Of a stretch of DNA of 64,000 bases, positions 24,622 through 38,457 are shown in pieces. How positions within the stretch are numbered: the first letter of the stretch is position 1; each line of letters starts with the position of its first letter. Both the position numbers and the translations under genes were made by a program. The notes below the pieces were generated by a model. That model did not search any database and was not told the DNA's origin. It was given only the letters and a program-made list of their open reading frames with translations. This DNA comes from Eledone cirrhosa (Eukaryota): assembly GCA_964016885.1 (NCBI GenBank), contig OZ024741.1:368962001-369026000 (forward strand), read 5' to 3'.

Positions 24622-27600
24622 CTGCTACTGGTACTGACTTATTCCAGCTGAATGAACTGAAGCAGCATGCAGTGAAGTTTTTTGCTTATGCACATAACAC
24701 ACCTACCAATCACAGAACAATATACCATGCAGTGTGGTCGAACCTGGATTCCCAAAACTGAAGTAAACTTGTTAATCACATGACTGTCAATGAGAATGGT
24801 TTTAGGCTAGACTGAAGGTGCTGGACCTGGATATATCTTTCAAGTGATATTCCTGTTACTTTAGAGCTGACTGATGGTAAAATTAATTGCCTATGTTCCT
24901 ATTATTGTAAATCTGCACATCTATCAGTTATGACTGGAAATTTCACAAGTGGGTTGTCATGTGACCAGCCTGTTATTTAACACAGTTAATCATTCTGGAA
25001 AAGGAAGTAGCTTATTTTTACTGAACTGTTCTCTATTATTAAATACCATCAACAATACACAGTTGCTTTGGGAAACAGCCAAGTTTGTTATCATAGCAAT
25101 TTGTAGTATTTCATTTTTGATATTCATAGCAACAAAGTTAGCCTTTCTCATCCCGGAAGGACTAAACTTTAATTAGGCTTTGTTATATTTATTATCTATT
25201 TATTGTGAGGCGTATTTAAGAGATAAATATCTCATCTATATCAGGCAACACTCTTATAGTGAGCAACAAGTATTAGAGTGGCTTTGATTAGTAAATGATT
25301 AATTAGTATCTTTGGTATTTCTACTTCCTTCTGTTGGTTCACATTTTGAAAATCTCTAAAGTGCCACTACCTACTTTACAAACCTGCTGTCAGTTTCAAC
25401 AGTACTTCACCTGGGTTTTGTTACTGAACAAATTATTGATTTCTAATTGAAGTACAGTGGTTCAGAAGTTTGCTTCATGAACATGAGGTTTTCAGTTCAA
25501 TTCCACAATGTGGCATCTTGGGCAAGTGTCTTACTACACACTTGAACTGACCCATGTCTTGGGAGTGACATTAGGTAAATGGAAACTATCTGCAAACTCA
25601 TTTGATGGACTGTGCCTGAAATTCAAAAGACCCTTTTTTTTCCCCACTACGACACAGACTGTCATGTTGAATCTCTAAGAATGACATTCAAGGTATGTCT
25701 TGTATGACGTATCATATGGTGAGGAGACAGGATTAATATTGTTTCATGAGTATAGGAAAGAAGCGGAGAGAAAAGAATTAGTTCATATAGCATCTAACAA
25801 GTCTCAGCTTCTGTTAAGTGAATATTTGGCTCTTAAAAACATCAAGTTAGTTATGTAACTGTCAAACAGTAAACTTGAAGAAAGTGATGTTTGACAGTTA
25901 ACTTCTAAACAGCATTATTGTTTAAATCTTTTATCACAAAGTTTTTCTCACTTAAATTTCATATTAAATTTACTTTTAAAATTAAACTGAAAAAGAAAAA
26001 AAACAAAAACAAAAGCAGGCAAAATAACTAAGCTAAAATAACTAAAAATTTTAAATAGTTCCCACTTGCAAATAATTTGAAATAATCAAGAACACAATGC
26101 TGTAAAGTAGAAAGGTGATCTTGCAAACTGATTTTGCAGTTTCAGGCTCAAATCCTCTCAAAATTGCTAAGTTTCCAAACAACCCAGAAAAGGTACCAAA
26201 AGCATCATCAGTGCTTTTAATAATGAGAAAATAAGCTATATCACTAGATCTCTCCAAATTCTTGATTATTTTCAAATTTATTTGAAATTTATAGGCAGTG
26301 TCTTCAACAAAAGAGATAGTAAAGAATATTCACAAATCATTTGAATCACTTCTTGGTTTTGAAAAGACTTAAGTCAGATTTTTGGTATGTTTATATTACA
26401 CACAAAACTGTAGAAGCAGATATAGAGAAAATAACTAAACAAAGAATACCAAGTCACTATGTCAGTGTCATGAATTAAATATTTCAAAAAATGTTTATAA
26501 CTTTGTTAAACCCCAGTCTATGAAAACCCATATAAAAAAAAAAAAAAAAAAGAAAGTTTCCATTAGTTTTCTCATTACTGATACTATGTGCTGGTCACAA
26601 ATCCTGGCAGAAGGAGGTTGGGATTTGAACTCAAAATACTTATAACTGGATCAGATACGACAGAATATCCCATCAGACTAACAATTCCAACAATCCACTA
26701 TCCCTGAAGAGATTGTTTATAAAACCCAAATTTAAAACAAATAGAATCACATGAATTCACTTGTATTTATGTGTATCTGAGTGTTTAGAGTAGATGTAGC
26801 ATATCTCCTGTGTGGCATGAGAGACAACTAAAACTGGCTGGCATCAAGAAGGACATCCAAATTCAAATCACTGTCTCCAAATATAAAATCTAACCCTTGC
26901 CAGCATGGAAAAGTGGCCATAAAACTAATGATGATGAACGGATGATAAACAGAACAACAAAATTGACCACAGTGATTTTCATCTCTGAATGTAATGGACT
27001 TAAATACCGAAACAATTAATCTGGCTAATTTACCAATGCCTTGCTAAAACAAACAAACAATTCACAATTTTCTGTATGATCTGAAAAATCTGCCAATATC
27101 CAAAACCTCAAGACTTAAGATACTTTCTTATCACTATACCTTTAGAAATTATTGAATATACAAAATCAATCAGTCAACATTGATACTGCTGTACATAACT
27201 GCACATGCACACACACATTACACACACACTATGTATTTATACATTTTTAGTACAAGAACATAAAAGCTCATGACAGGTTTGCAATTGAAAAAGATGTGTA
27301 GTAATATACATAAGCTAACTTAGCAGTTTGACAAGTAGAGATCAATAAACCATGTAGCAGACTGAAACATGGTAATGAGGTTAAAATGATCAAAGCCCTT
27401 GAAGGCATGGCCAAAGTCCAAAGTCTGAAACCAGTTAAAGAATAAAAGAATGAAATAGGATGAGTGGGTGGAGGTTAAATCAATTCTATGTTCTCAGTTT
27501 TATAATGTTTTACATTTAGCTGCTACTTCTAGCAGGTTCAGTAACCACATCCAAGCGCCCTTGCAGCTAGAGTTTGATAGGTTTCGGCCAGTATTGACCC

Positions 27601-28219
27601 AGGCCATGGCTAACCTCGCAAAATATCTCGGGTGCATTTTGTATACAAAGTAAAATACAATATGTAGTATATGTATGGTCCTGTAACTCCTGATAGAGCT
27701 GTAGAGGCACCATATTGATATACGGCGTTTCTTGGACATTTTAAGCCTGGCGGAGCCCATCCCTCTCCAGGCCTGAGTACAGCAGATTTCTTCCAGAGAA
27801 AGATAGAGGAAGTGAGAAAGAGATATAGAGGAAGAATCAACCCCAGTACTAGACGGGTACTTTTTTTTTATCGACCTCAAAAGGATGAAAGGCAAAGTTG
27901 ACCTTCGTGGGATTTGAACTCCGAGAGCAGAGAGCCGGAATGAAAACCATAAAGAATTCTATCTGACATTCTAACGACTGCCAATTCACTACCTTATGTA
28001 ATGTAATACCAAGAGTTTAAACCAAACCTGATTAACTGAGATTATTGAAGTGATCACACTTTTTGGACAACACAGACAAAACACATTGGAATGGATCTGG
28101 TTTTATAAGCTGACTCATGAAAACAATGGATATGTTTCAGTTTTATTAATATCTTCAATGAAATAATATTAAACTCAGCAAGAGTGAATCAATATAGAGA
28201 GAAATATAACTAATAGTTA

Positions 28220-28440
28220 CATCATCATCATCATCACCATTTAATGCCTATTTCCCATGCTAGCAAGGGTTAGACAGGTTGTCTTGTTCGAGGCAAGTCA
28301 GGTCAGGTGACCATGTCTTGCTCATACAAAACTGTTTCTGGTTTGGTTTCTATGGCTGGATGCCCTTTATAACACCAACTACATTTACAGTACCCTTTGT
28401 CATGGCACCAAAACAACCATTTTACAGTGGACTGGGGGTG
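28220..28440 (-). mobile_element. Non-autonomous element sharing the RTE R1 3' end
   Basis: (CAT)n + TTTAA..CCATGCTAGC..GGCTGGATGCCC..ACACCAAC..TTTACAG; similar copies at ~31185-31380, 32405-32630, 44775-44905, 57580-57735, 58852-59080 and 61290-61485. Confidence 0.75.
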
Positions 28441-28576
28441 TAAAGGTATGGGTGAAGAGTGGGGTTTAGGACATGGGTGTAATATTAGAGTGTGGGAGGG
28501 AGGATAAATATAGTTGCCCTAATTAAGAATACCTACAATACACTTGAGAGAAAAGTTTCCCCTTCATTATGACTAA

Positions 28577-28752
28577 GTGGATTGGCAGAGGGTCGGACGC
28601 CACGCTTTGATGCATAGAGTTACAGCCCTTTCCATTCTGAGTTCAAATCCCGCCGAGGTTAACTTTGCCTTTCATCCTTACGGGGTCGATAAAATAAAGT
28701 ACCAGTAATGCACTGGGTAATTGCTGGCCTTGTGCCAAAAGTAGAAACAATT
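28577..28752 (+). mobile_element. SINE S1
   Basis: S1 consensus match. Confidence 0.9.
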
Positions 28753-28919
28753 ATGACTATTTAAGTGTACTTACACAACTTTGTTTAACATTGGAAGACA
28801 CCTACACAAACAAAAACAACTCAGGTGTTCTTTAAACCCATGCCAGCACTGTTTCAGCAGACCAAACACTGATAGCCATCCAACCATACCTTATGCATCA
28901 TATACAGAGAGAGAAAGAG

Positions 28920-29221
28920 AATTTGAAGTTTGAAAGCGACGACAATGCGAAAGGGACAGATAAACAAGTATGATGAAACAAGATGTTATGTGTTTTACCT
29001 TGATTTCTTTATGCCCTGATATTTCTAGATTAAAATCTCTTCCAAGGAAAATAAAAGGGACTAATCCAGTGTTTCATCGGACACTGGATTAGTTCCTCGG
29101 AAGAAGAGATTTTAATCTTGAAATATCAAGGCATAAATAAAGGTAAAACTCATAACATCTCGTTTCATCATTCTTGTTTATCTGTCCATTTCACATTGCC
29201 GTGGCTTTCAAACTTCAAATT
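28920..29221. repeat. ~300-bp imperfect inverted repeat (fold-back)
   Basis: Arms AATTTGAAGTTTGAAAGC...CTAATCCAGTGT and ACACTGGATTAG...GCTTTCAAACTTCAAATT with 8-nt loop at 29073-29080. Confidence 0.92.
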
Positions 29222-30621
29222 TTATATACCATACTCAATGCTTCAAGTAAACTACAAATTCATGTAACTCATCAAATCAAACCAAGGAAACAATGTTTCC
29301 ATTGGTCTTTCCATTGCTGATATTATCTAAAGTTTGCAACTCCTGGCAGAAAAAGTAACGTGAAATAGAGTGTCTTGTTCAAGGACATAACGCATCACCC
29401 AGTCTATGAATCAGACTTGCAGCCGCACGATTGCAAATTCAGTTTGCTAACCACTAAGCCACGTGCCTTCACATTTTAAAACAGTGGGATTTAAGAGAAA
29501 TTGGACTCATTTCCAACAGGTTGACTGACCATGTAAAGGCTCTCTCGTTTATTCATTAACCACTCAATATTCATCAGAAGTAGGTCTGAATCTAATTAAA
29601 TGTGTTTTATAATAGCTAGTATAATTAGCTATCTATGATTAAACAGATACACAACCTTCCCACAGTTGACATTTCCAAACAAAAATAACAACAGCCATTC
29701 ACATGAGCAGTTCATTAAATTTCATACTTCATTGCTACCACCTGTAACAAATCAATTCCAAGATAACAAACCCTTGTTATACCTTTCATGCTCCATTTAA
29801 TAGAGAACCTCTAGATATAGACATACAGTATAGTTTTTGTATCCAACATTAGTTGTAGTAATAATGGTTTCTAATTTAGGCACAAGTCCAGCAATTTGTG
29901 GGGGGAAATGAAGCCTGAAGACAATTATATTGACCTCATGATACTTTATTTTATCAACACCAGAAAAATGAAAGGAAAGTTGACCACAGTGGTACTTGAA
30001 CTCAGAATGTAAATAGCCAGAGAAAATACCGTTAAGCATTTGTCTGACACACTAGTGACTAATGCTGCATGTTTTATGAACACACAAACTCCATTTAATC
30101 ACCATTTTATGTCCATTTTGAAGCAATTTGTTAATGTCAGAAGTACTTAGTTACATCAACCCTTATGACACAGAGATACTGTTTAGCTTTGCTAAAATCC
30201 AGGATACAAAAATTACCCACAAAATATTGGATATGACAATTCGGAAAAAGATATTTTCACAAACTCAGTTGTATTCAACCTCCCCAATTTCCATTTAACC
30301 CTAATTTAGTTTCTCTTTGCAGATCAATCATTTCTAATATTTAAAGCATGGAAATATGAAGGAATTTTCCATTAAAAAATACTGAAAATAAAAATATTAA
30401 AATGAGTGCTTGTTGCAGAAAGCTGTGAATGTAATCATGTGTATATATATATGTACACACACACACATACTACATACATACACATATATATATATATATA
30501 TGCAAACCCATTGAGAGAAAAACTCGGCATAAGAGGAACTGGATATAATGTGTAAGAGAGAAGACTATTGGTAGGGACATGCGATGCATATGGAAGATAC
30601 ATTTTTCATATATATATATAT

Positions 30622-31155
30622 CATCATCATCATCGTTTAACGTCCATATTCCACGCTTGCATGGGTTTGGACGGGGGTTTTCCCACTTGAGGCAAGAGTG
30701 GTTGTCTTGCTCGCATAGGACTGTCTGGCGGGTTTTCTACGGCTGGATGCCCTTCCTAACACCAACCACATTTACAGTGTGGAACTGAGAGTTTTTACCA
30801 TGTTACCTACACGGCCACATTACAGCGTGGACCGTGTTTTTTTTGTTGTGACACCTACACGACCTCATTTGTTTCGGGCTGGATGTTGTGACACCAACAT
30901 AACTTTACATTGAAAGGGGTGATGTGGATGGGGTGGGGGTAGTGGGACGGGGTGTATTTTGTTAGAGGTGCCTACTGACTGTAGTAGGTTTCACTTTGTA
31001 CTTAGGTAAGGCAGGTCTTCTCTATTACCGTGTAGCACCAAAGCTCTCGGTCCAGTGACATTGTCTTGGAGAGGTGTAAGTGTGTGAGGTCGGAATTTAT
31101 CAAGTCGTCCCAGGTTTTTCTGGGTCTGCCTACTCCGTGGTTTTTCTGGGTCTGC
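30622..31155 (-). mobile_element. 5'-truncated RTE LINE R1 copy 3 inside (TA)n
   Basis: Same 3' UTR and ORF end as copies 1 and 2; (TA)n on both flanks; GTTTTTCTGGGTCTGC duplicated at the 5' junction. Confidence 0.92.
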
Positions 31156-31619
31156 TATATATATATATATATATATATATATTACACGTCCACTATAAAA
31201 AGCACCCAGCACACACTGTCAATGTGATTGGCGTTAGGAAGGGCATCCAGCTGTAGAAAAGCAGCCAAAAACACTCATATATAAGCAAGACACGGTCACC
31301 TGACCCAACTTGCCTCTAAATGGGAAAAACCCATCTAACCCATGCTAGCGTGGAAGATGGACATTAATCGATGATGATATATATATATATACATGCATTT
31401 GTATAATTTGTCGAGAAAGGGGTATTTATTTCATGTAGACTCATGCAAACAAACAAAAATAACCTTGATCATCAGACACAAAATTTACCAGAAAAAAGTC
31501 ATTCCATTTACGAGTTAAGCAAAGTATAGCTTCATTCTAAACTCAATTCGTGGATTTTTCAACAAGAGTTCAGATTCAGTCATGGAAATATATTCATCAA
31601 TATTTAGGATCTGTACAGT

Positions 31620-32103
31620 GTCAGATTTGCAATAACGACTCTATAAGGATAGGATGGAAAAAGTCGAGAGAGCTGTTAACCACAAAAGGACTACTGTATG
31701 GCACCTGTGTGTGAAGTGCGATGCTGCATGGTAGGAAATGCATAAACTGGAGATAAATGAAGCAACCATGCTTCATTGGATGTGTAAGTGTGAGAGAAAG
31801 GCAGAGATTGGATGAGCTGAGGGAGAAGCTGGGTTTAAGAGGAATTTGAAGTTGTGTGCAGGATAGAAGACTGCGTTGGCAGTGATGCACATGAACAATG
31901 TTGGCTGATGAAGCACCAGAAAATCCCAGTGGAAGGAAGCCACAGTAGAGGTAGACCATGGAAGACCTGGGCAGAGGTTGTGAGAGCTGACCTCAAATCA
32001 CTGAGACTCACAGAGGAACACGAGTAGAGAGATGCTGTACTGAGAAGGACCCATCCAACCCATTCAAGTGTGGAAAAGCGGACATAAAAACGATAATGAT
32101 GAC
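31620..32103 (+). mobile_element. Old RTE LINE (R1-related) 3' fragment
   Basis: AGGATAGGATGGAAAAAG (RIGWKK), GAGCTGAGGGAGAAGCTG, AGAGGTAGACC..AAGACCTGG, GATGAT tail. Confidence 0.75.
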
Positions 32104-33030
32104 TTTAAACACATTGCTAAGTCCACAGTTGAGATTGAAATCATCTTTAACAGCACAGATCTGACATTTAACACAGTAATACACTTACTATTTCATACAT
32201 ATTTCACCCATGAAACATCTGCATTGATCAAATAGACATATTTCAATAAACAAAGAAAGTGTGTCATATTTAGGTTTGCAACAGGAGTCTATTTACATAG
32301 GCATTAATTCTATAATACTGAAGTTAAGTTTCCTTAGGAGAAATCTATTAAGACTGCTTAGCTTCAGTTATCACACACACACACACACCCCACACAAATA
32401 TTATCACAATTTAATGTCATTTTTCCATGCTAGCATGGGTTAGATGAGTTATCAGAACAGGTGACTGTGTCTTGCTCATCAGAACAGTTTCTGGCTTGGT
32501 TTCTATAGCTGGATGCCCTTCCTAATGCCACTCACATTTACAGTGTGGACTGAAGCTTTTCAATGTAGCACCAAAATGCTAAACTGACAGGCTGGACTGG
32601 GTCCTTTTTCATTGTGTCACCAACATGAACGAACACACACCCCCACCCCACACACACTTTCAGTTTGCAAAAGATGATATTGCATAGCAGTAAATCCACA
32701 ATCTACATACATCTGCATGTTAGATCTACAAAATTTACATAAGATAAATGTTTCTACTTTTGGCACAAGGCCAGCAATTACCCAGTACATTACTGGTACT
32801 AAAATAATGCTCTACGGAAATGCATGAATGATATAATAAATTCCCATTCTTTGGGTTATTAGTGAAATTGTATGATACATCAACATTTTATATCCATTTA
32901 GAAATAACCTCTAACACCTTGGTGGGCATGCATTTATATACTTACATATGGCACAGTAAATGATTTCAAAACATGAAACGCAATGTTGGCATCGTAAGAG
33001 ACTGAATTTTCTCAATATTGGTATAAAATA

Positions 33031-33341
33031 CAGTGGAACCTTGGTTCACAAACTTCGTTCCTGAAGGCTGTTCATCAACTGAAATGTTGGAAAACAAACT
33101 ATTTTTCCCATATGAAATTAGGGAAATAGAATGAGACTGTGTGAAAGACAGATAGATTGATATCACCATAGTAACTAACGACATAGTAAGTAACACTATC
33201 CCACCAATACACCCAGCTTGTCGCCAACTTTTGTTGCCAGCTTGCATGTTCGCTACTCGTGACACTATTTGTCAACCGAGACATTTTATGTTTGGAAAAA
33301 TTGTTCATGATGTGAAGCATTCAGAAACCAAAGTTCCACTG
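33031..33341 (+). mobile_element. Tc1/mariner (Tigger-like) MITE
   Basis: TA-CAGTGGAACCTTGGTT ... AACCAAAGTTCCACTG-TA. Confidence 0.85.
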
Positions 33342-35205
33342 TATAATGAATAATAGGCATTTTGTGAAGTTTAACATGCAAATTAGAGTCATATAGTTGG
33401 TTTTTTGCTGGAAGGAATGGGAGCAGCTGAAAGTATTTTATCAGTCTATTAGTGGTACATTGACTCAGAATATAAAAAAGATGAAGCTGACATATGCAGT
33501 ATTTGAGTTCAGAACTAAATAGGACAAAATTAAATTCATTTAATTTGATACTGTACTGTCTTAGTCCTTATAATTATTTATGTTTCTTTATTTGACTCAG
33601 ATGTGAAGATTGTATCAGTCAGAATGTATCCAGAAAAATAGCAAAATATATCTGACAAAAGCATCCAAACTACTATTTGGATCTCCTCTAAAAAAAATTC
33701 CATATACAATGTGTTCACGTTTTATGTAAATATGCGTTCATGAACATGATCCCGTGAAGCAAATGTGTAATTAAAGTCTCATATTTCTGATAAATAAAAA
33801 TAAATAAAAACCACACACATTATAGCATGTTATTCGTGCAAAGTGAATATTTAATATTTTTCAAGGCGTGTTAAAACGAATTTGCTTACTTCATGTTTGC
33901 GTAAAAAGCCAATAGACTTTATTTGAATATTGGTAAAATAACTTTGACAAACAAGATTGAAATATCACATTGAGATTCTACAATATAACATTTGGCAACT
34001 ATTGAAGAGTAACAATGAACAGTAACAAAATGATAATAGCACAATGTTATTAAAAGGAAAGGACACATTGGATAATGTAGTTTCTGACCAAGTCTTCTCA
34101 ATGAGAGTTGACATTGAGCCAAGGCCTTACACACCACTCAGTTTGACAACACCAGCTGAAGCTAACAAGAGAGCCATTTGGATATATTGTCTGAAAATAT
34201 GGTTGGTAGATCATAGTTGGATTGCTCTGATTAAATGAGTAACTTTGAAGAATACATTCTGTTCTAAGTATCAAGACTGCATAGCTTTTTCTTAGAGCTA
34301 GGCATCAACTAAACCAATACCATCATTCAAGGGAGACATGAAAATATCAAGTGTACTACACTTCTTCCACTGACTAGTTTTTAGTTCTTGGTTGTTGTTT
34401 TTTGTTTGGGGTTGTTTTTTCAATGTTTAATCCTATACAAGTCATACTCTGGTCATATATTAGGTCTGTATTTCACAAGTAATGTAAATAAATTCAGGAT
34501 GCTCATAATTTCTAATGCTGATCTCTAGTAGTGTAGATATAATTATGAAGCCAGTTTATTGCTAATAACATTCCTTAATAACAACAAACAAGTAACATTC
34601 TCCCAACAGCTAGGTGAATTGTGGCATGTAAAACTAAATGTACTGCTCAAATACATAGCAAAATATCAGCAGTAGATTAAAACTGAAAACCTACAAGCTG
34701 TTACTCTATATAACCCAGTCATTTCACTTTTGCACTCATCTCATAGCAAGCTTTGTTTTGTTTCCTGGATTAAATACTTAACTCGACTTATCATTTACTT
34801 AGCAGAATATAGATAACAATGACTTCCAGGAAGTGAAGTTGTGATGAAATAACATACTATATTTGTTTCTCGGAAGTAAAGTTGGTATGAAATATTTGTT
34901 TCTCATCAGCTCAAGAAATATGGAAATTATATCAACCTCTGTTTTAAAAATATACTGCAGATTCTATTACCCATTTCAGAAAAATTGTCTTTCTACTTTA
35001 TAGTTAAAAATATGAAATTATTTTTATCAGTGATTATTTTAACGTATAGTTGACCCTTGCTTGTGTAGTTCTAAATCTAATTTTGTGCAGTTAGTTTGCA
35101 TTTTATGTCAAATACACATGATTACATGGTAAATGATTGTTTAAAGTCTTAAAACACTCATCAGCTTTTTAACTACACAGCCATGCATACACACAATATA
35201 TTATA

Positions 35206-35842
35206 TATAATTGTTTCTGCTTTTGGCACAAGGCCAGCAATTACCAGTACATTACTGGTGCTTTATTTTATTGACCCCGTAAGGATGAAAGGCAAAGTTA
35301 ACCTCACCAGGATTTGAACTCAGTCTGTAAAGGGACGTAACTGATGCAAAGCATGGCGTCCGACCCTATTCCGATACCGCCATTATCTCCTTATAATATA
35401 TAACCAGCAATTTCTGTGGGTCCGACAGTGGAAACACGTGCGCGCGTGGTTGCTATCTCTCTCTCCAGCTATCCCTCTCTTTTAGTCTGTCTGTTTCTCT
35501 CACTCTTTCTCTTTGTAACACACTAACATTCCTCCCCTCTATCGCTGTGACGAATAGGGAGATGGAGGAGGAGGAGAGAGTCACTTCGTCACTTCACCTC
35601 TGCCTTTCTTTCTCTCCCCTCTCACTCCCTCATTACGTACAGACATTAGGGCGGTGGATTGGCAGAATCTGTAGAGAGTCGGACACCATGCTTCATAGCA
35701 TGGAGTTACGTCCCTTTACGGTCTGAATTCAAATACCGCCGAGGTTAACTTTGCCTTTCATCCTCACGGGGGTCGATAAAATAAAGTACCAGTAATGTAC
35801 TGAGTAATTGCTGGCCTTGTGCCAAAAGTAGAAACAATTATT
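35206..35842. mobile_element. Divergently oriented SINE S1 pair (35206-35381 minus; 35648-35842 plus)
   Basis: S1 consensus match on opposite strands. Confidence 0.9.
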
Positions 35843-35960
35843 AGAAACATTGCTTCATTTTTACATTTCTAAGCATTAGTAAAATAACTAATAATTTCAA
35901 AAGTAATTTTTCAATTCCAATTGTTATGAACAGCAAAACATTAATAATAATTTTGTTCTA

Positions 35961-36048
35961 AGAAATATATATACATTTCTGTGTGTGTAATATATATATA
36001 TATATATATACATACACACACAGAAATATATATACATTTCTGTGTGTG

Positions 36049-36092
<44 letters not shown>

Positions 36093-36180
36093 CACACAGA
36101 AATATATATACATTTCTGTGTGTGTAATATATATATATATATTACACACACAGAAATATATATACATTTCTGTGTGTGTA

Positions 36181-36213
<33 letters not shown>

Positions 36214-36280
36214 GAAATATATATACATTTCTGTGTGTGTAATATATATATAGAAATATATATACATTTCTGTGTGTGTA

Positions 36281-36323
<43 letters not shown>

Positions 36324-36345
36324 GAAATATGTGGGCATTTCTGTC
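35961..36345. repeat. Compound palindromic minisatellite: CACACAGAAATATATATACATTTCTGTGTG units separated by (TA)n
   Basis: About six units, each an imperfect inverted repeat. Confidence 0.92.
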
Positions 36346-36833
36346 TGTCTGTCCTTCTCTAAAACTCAAATGTAGGTGCTACAGAAATATTACCTTCCCC
36401 TTCCTTTCTCCACTTTGGTACTACCAAGAGAAACACTGTCGCTGTCCACTGACTTTGGTCACTGAGGCCGAGGGAATCGCTGGTTGCTATAGAGACACCT
36501 TGCACAAGCCAGAAGTAACCAGTTCGAGGCGGTTCTGACTTGACACCATGCCAAGGACCATTTGAAGATATATTTCCATCGTTATATCATAACGTTTATG
36601 TATCATAGCGTTTATATTTCCGTCACTAATCTCTTTTTCTCCTTTTTCGTTTTAACATATTTATTTCAAAGATTTTACCGTATAGATAACATATATTTAT
36701 ACATGCATAAAAGACACACCGAGAGATGGTGAACATGTGGTGCCGAAAACATTTCTCATCCAAATCTCAACAATATCAGTATATACACGAGATTTGCTAG
36801 CAGAAAACCGCCCACCGGGTGGTTTTCTGCTAG

Positions 36834-37331
36834 TCTTTATATATAAAATTGAGGATGTCTGTGTGTGTGTGAGTTTGAATTCCTAAAACTAGAGAAGCAC
36901 CCAACCGACTGTTTTCAAACTTTACACATGTAATACTTATGTTTCAGGGAGTGTTCTGAGTAAAAGAATTTTCAAATTTTCAATATCCTAGGGACCTCAT
37001 TAGGCGATTTAGCGATTTCTCCCTATAATTCTTAGTCCTTCTCGTTTTAGATAGATACATATAACGTTGCTCCCTTATAATATCTGTCTATGTCTGGCTG
37101 TCTGCTGCCTCCAGTTATTCTGCAACCCTTGCTCAAGACAAATCTCACATTCCCTAAACAGTTGGTAAGTGCACACAAGTTCCTCACATTTTAAGCCACA
37201 GTGTTGCATACTTACGTCCCACCAGACCCTTACTTCTTTGCCAGCCATGGTTGTGGCAATACTAAGCTTAGCTAAGGCAGTTATATATTTCACAATACCT
37301 TATCCCGTGCAACGCCGGGTACCACTGCTAG
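36834..37331 (+). mobile_element. Non-autonomous Helitron
   Basis: 5' TCTTTATATATAAAA; 3' hairpin CCCGTGCAACGCCGGG followed by CTAG then T; no TSD. Confidence 0.82.
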
Positions 37332-37334
37332 TAC

Positions 37335-37555
37335 TCTATAAAATTCATTTTTTTTATCCATAGGGCCCGCATTAGGTGAAAACCTACATTTTTCCTGCTT
37401 CTTCGAGAAAAATCTTAAAGATTATCCAGCCATCAGAGTATTCGGTTTATTTTCTTTACATATTGTCCACGCATGCAGTTTTTCCACAATTATGTCTGTT
37501 GGCAGCCCGCGTTCCAAAATACCTTATCCCGTGCAACCTCGGGTACCACTGCTAG
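37335..37555 (+). mobile_element. Second Helitron unit or duplicated 3' end
   Basis: Same terminus AATACCTTATCCCGTGCAAC..CGGGTACCACTGCTAG-T. Confidence 0.75.
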
Positions 37556-38457
37556 TATTATGAATGAATGAACGTCACAATTGCTAATTTTCCCTCAGTT
37601 CCAAAATCTTAGATTATATCTAAGTAAAGTATCACTACATGATGTATCTTCAGTCAGACCAATATCATCTTTTGAATCTGATTATTTTAACACATATTTC
37701 ATCCTTGTTTGTGTAGTTCTAAATCTTATTTTGTGTAGTTCTAAATCTTATTTTGTGCAGTAAGTTTATATTTTGTGTCAAATACTTCTTGCTTTTATAT
37801 GGTAATGAAGGTTATAAGACTTAAAACACACAAAATGTTAAAATAACTATTACAAATGCTTCTCAGACTCAGAATATCAAATACTGGGTCATGGCACTTG
37901 CCACAAAGATTTGTGCAGTTCTAAAATTTCCTTAAAGTAAACCTTGAGTTTTGCACATAATACTCTGTATACGTTTATGATATTTTATACTTTCCAACAG
38001 ATTCTTTCATCTGTTTTCAACTCCTGCATTGAAATGGGATCTCTTTCTCTTCAAAATGACTGATAAATGATCTAAATCATAATCTAACGATTTTCCCATG
38101 TTAGCAGGAGATCACTAAAAATATGACATTTCTCCATATATCTCAGACCTCAACTAATCTGTAAAGTACAAAATTCTGATCCGACTTCTTGCTAATTCTT
38201 CCATCATTAGACATCCATATCACATTTTTGTACCCACTGACCGATATCTTCAATGCCCACACAAACTTTCCCATAAAAGATTAACAAATTAACATAAATT
38301 AACAAAAGAAAAAAAAAAGATATTTGATATTCAACTTTTAAGTCAAAAGTAAAAACAATGGAATAAACTAAAATAGTTTGGTTTATAAATTTTTAGATCC
38401 TTTGTTTGACCTTACTTTGAAAGGCAACCCTAAACTAGATAAATGAAACGGAAATTA

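Noticed and set aside
35924-36538. Cluster of Y/I/C/T-rich short ORFs
   Set aside because: Products of TA/CA repeats
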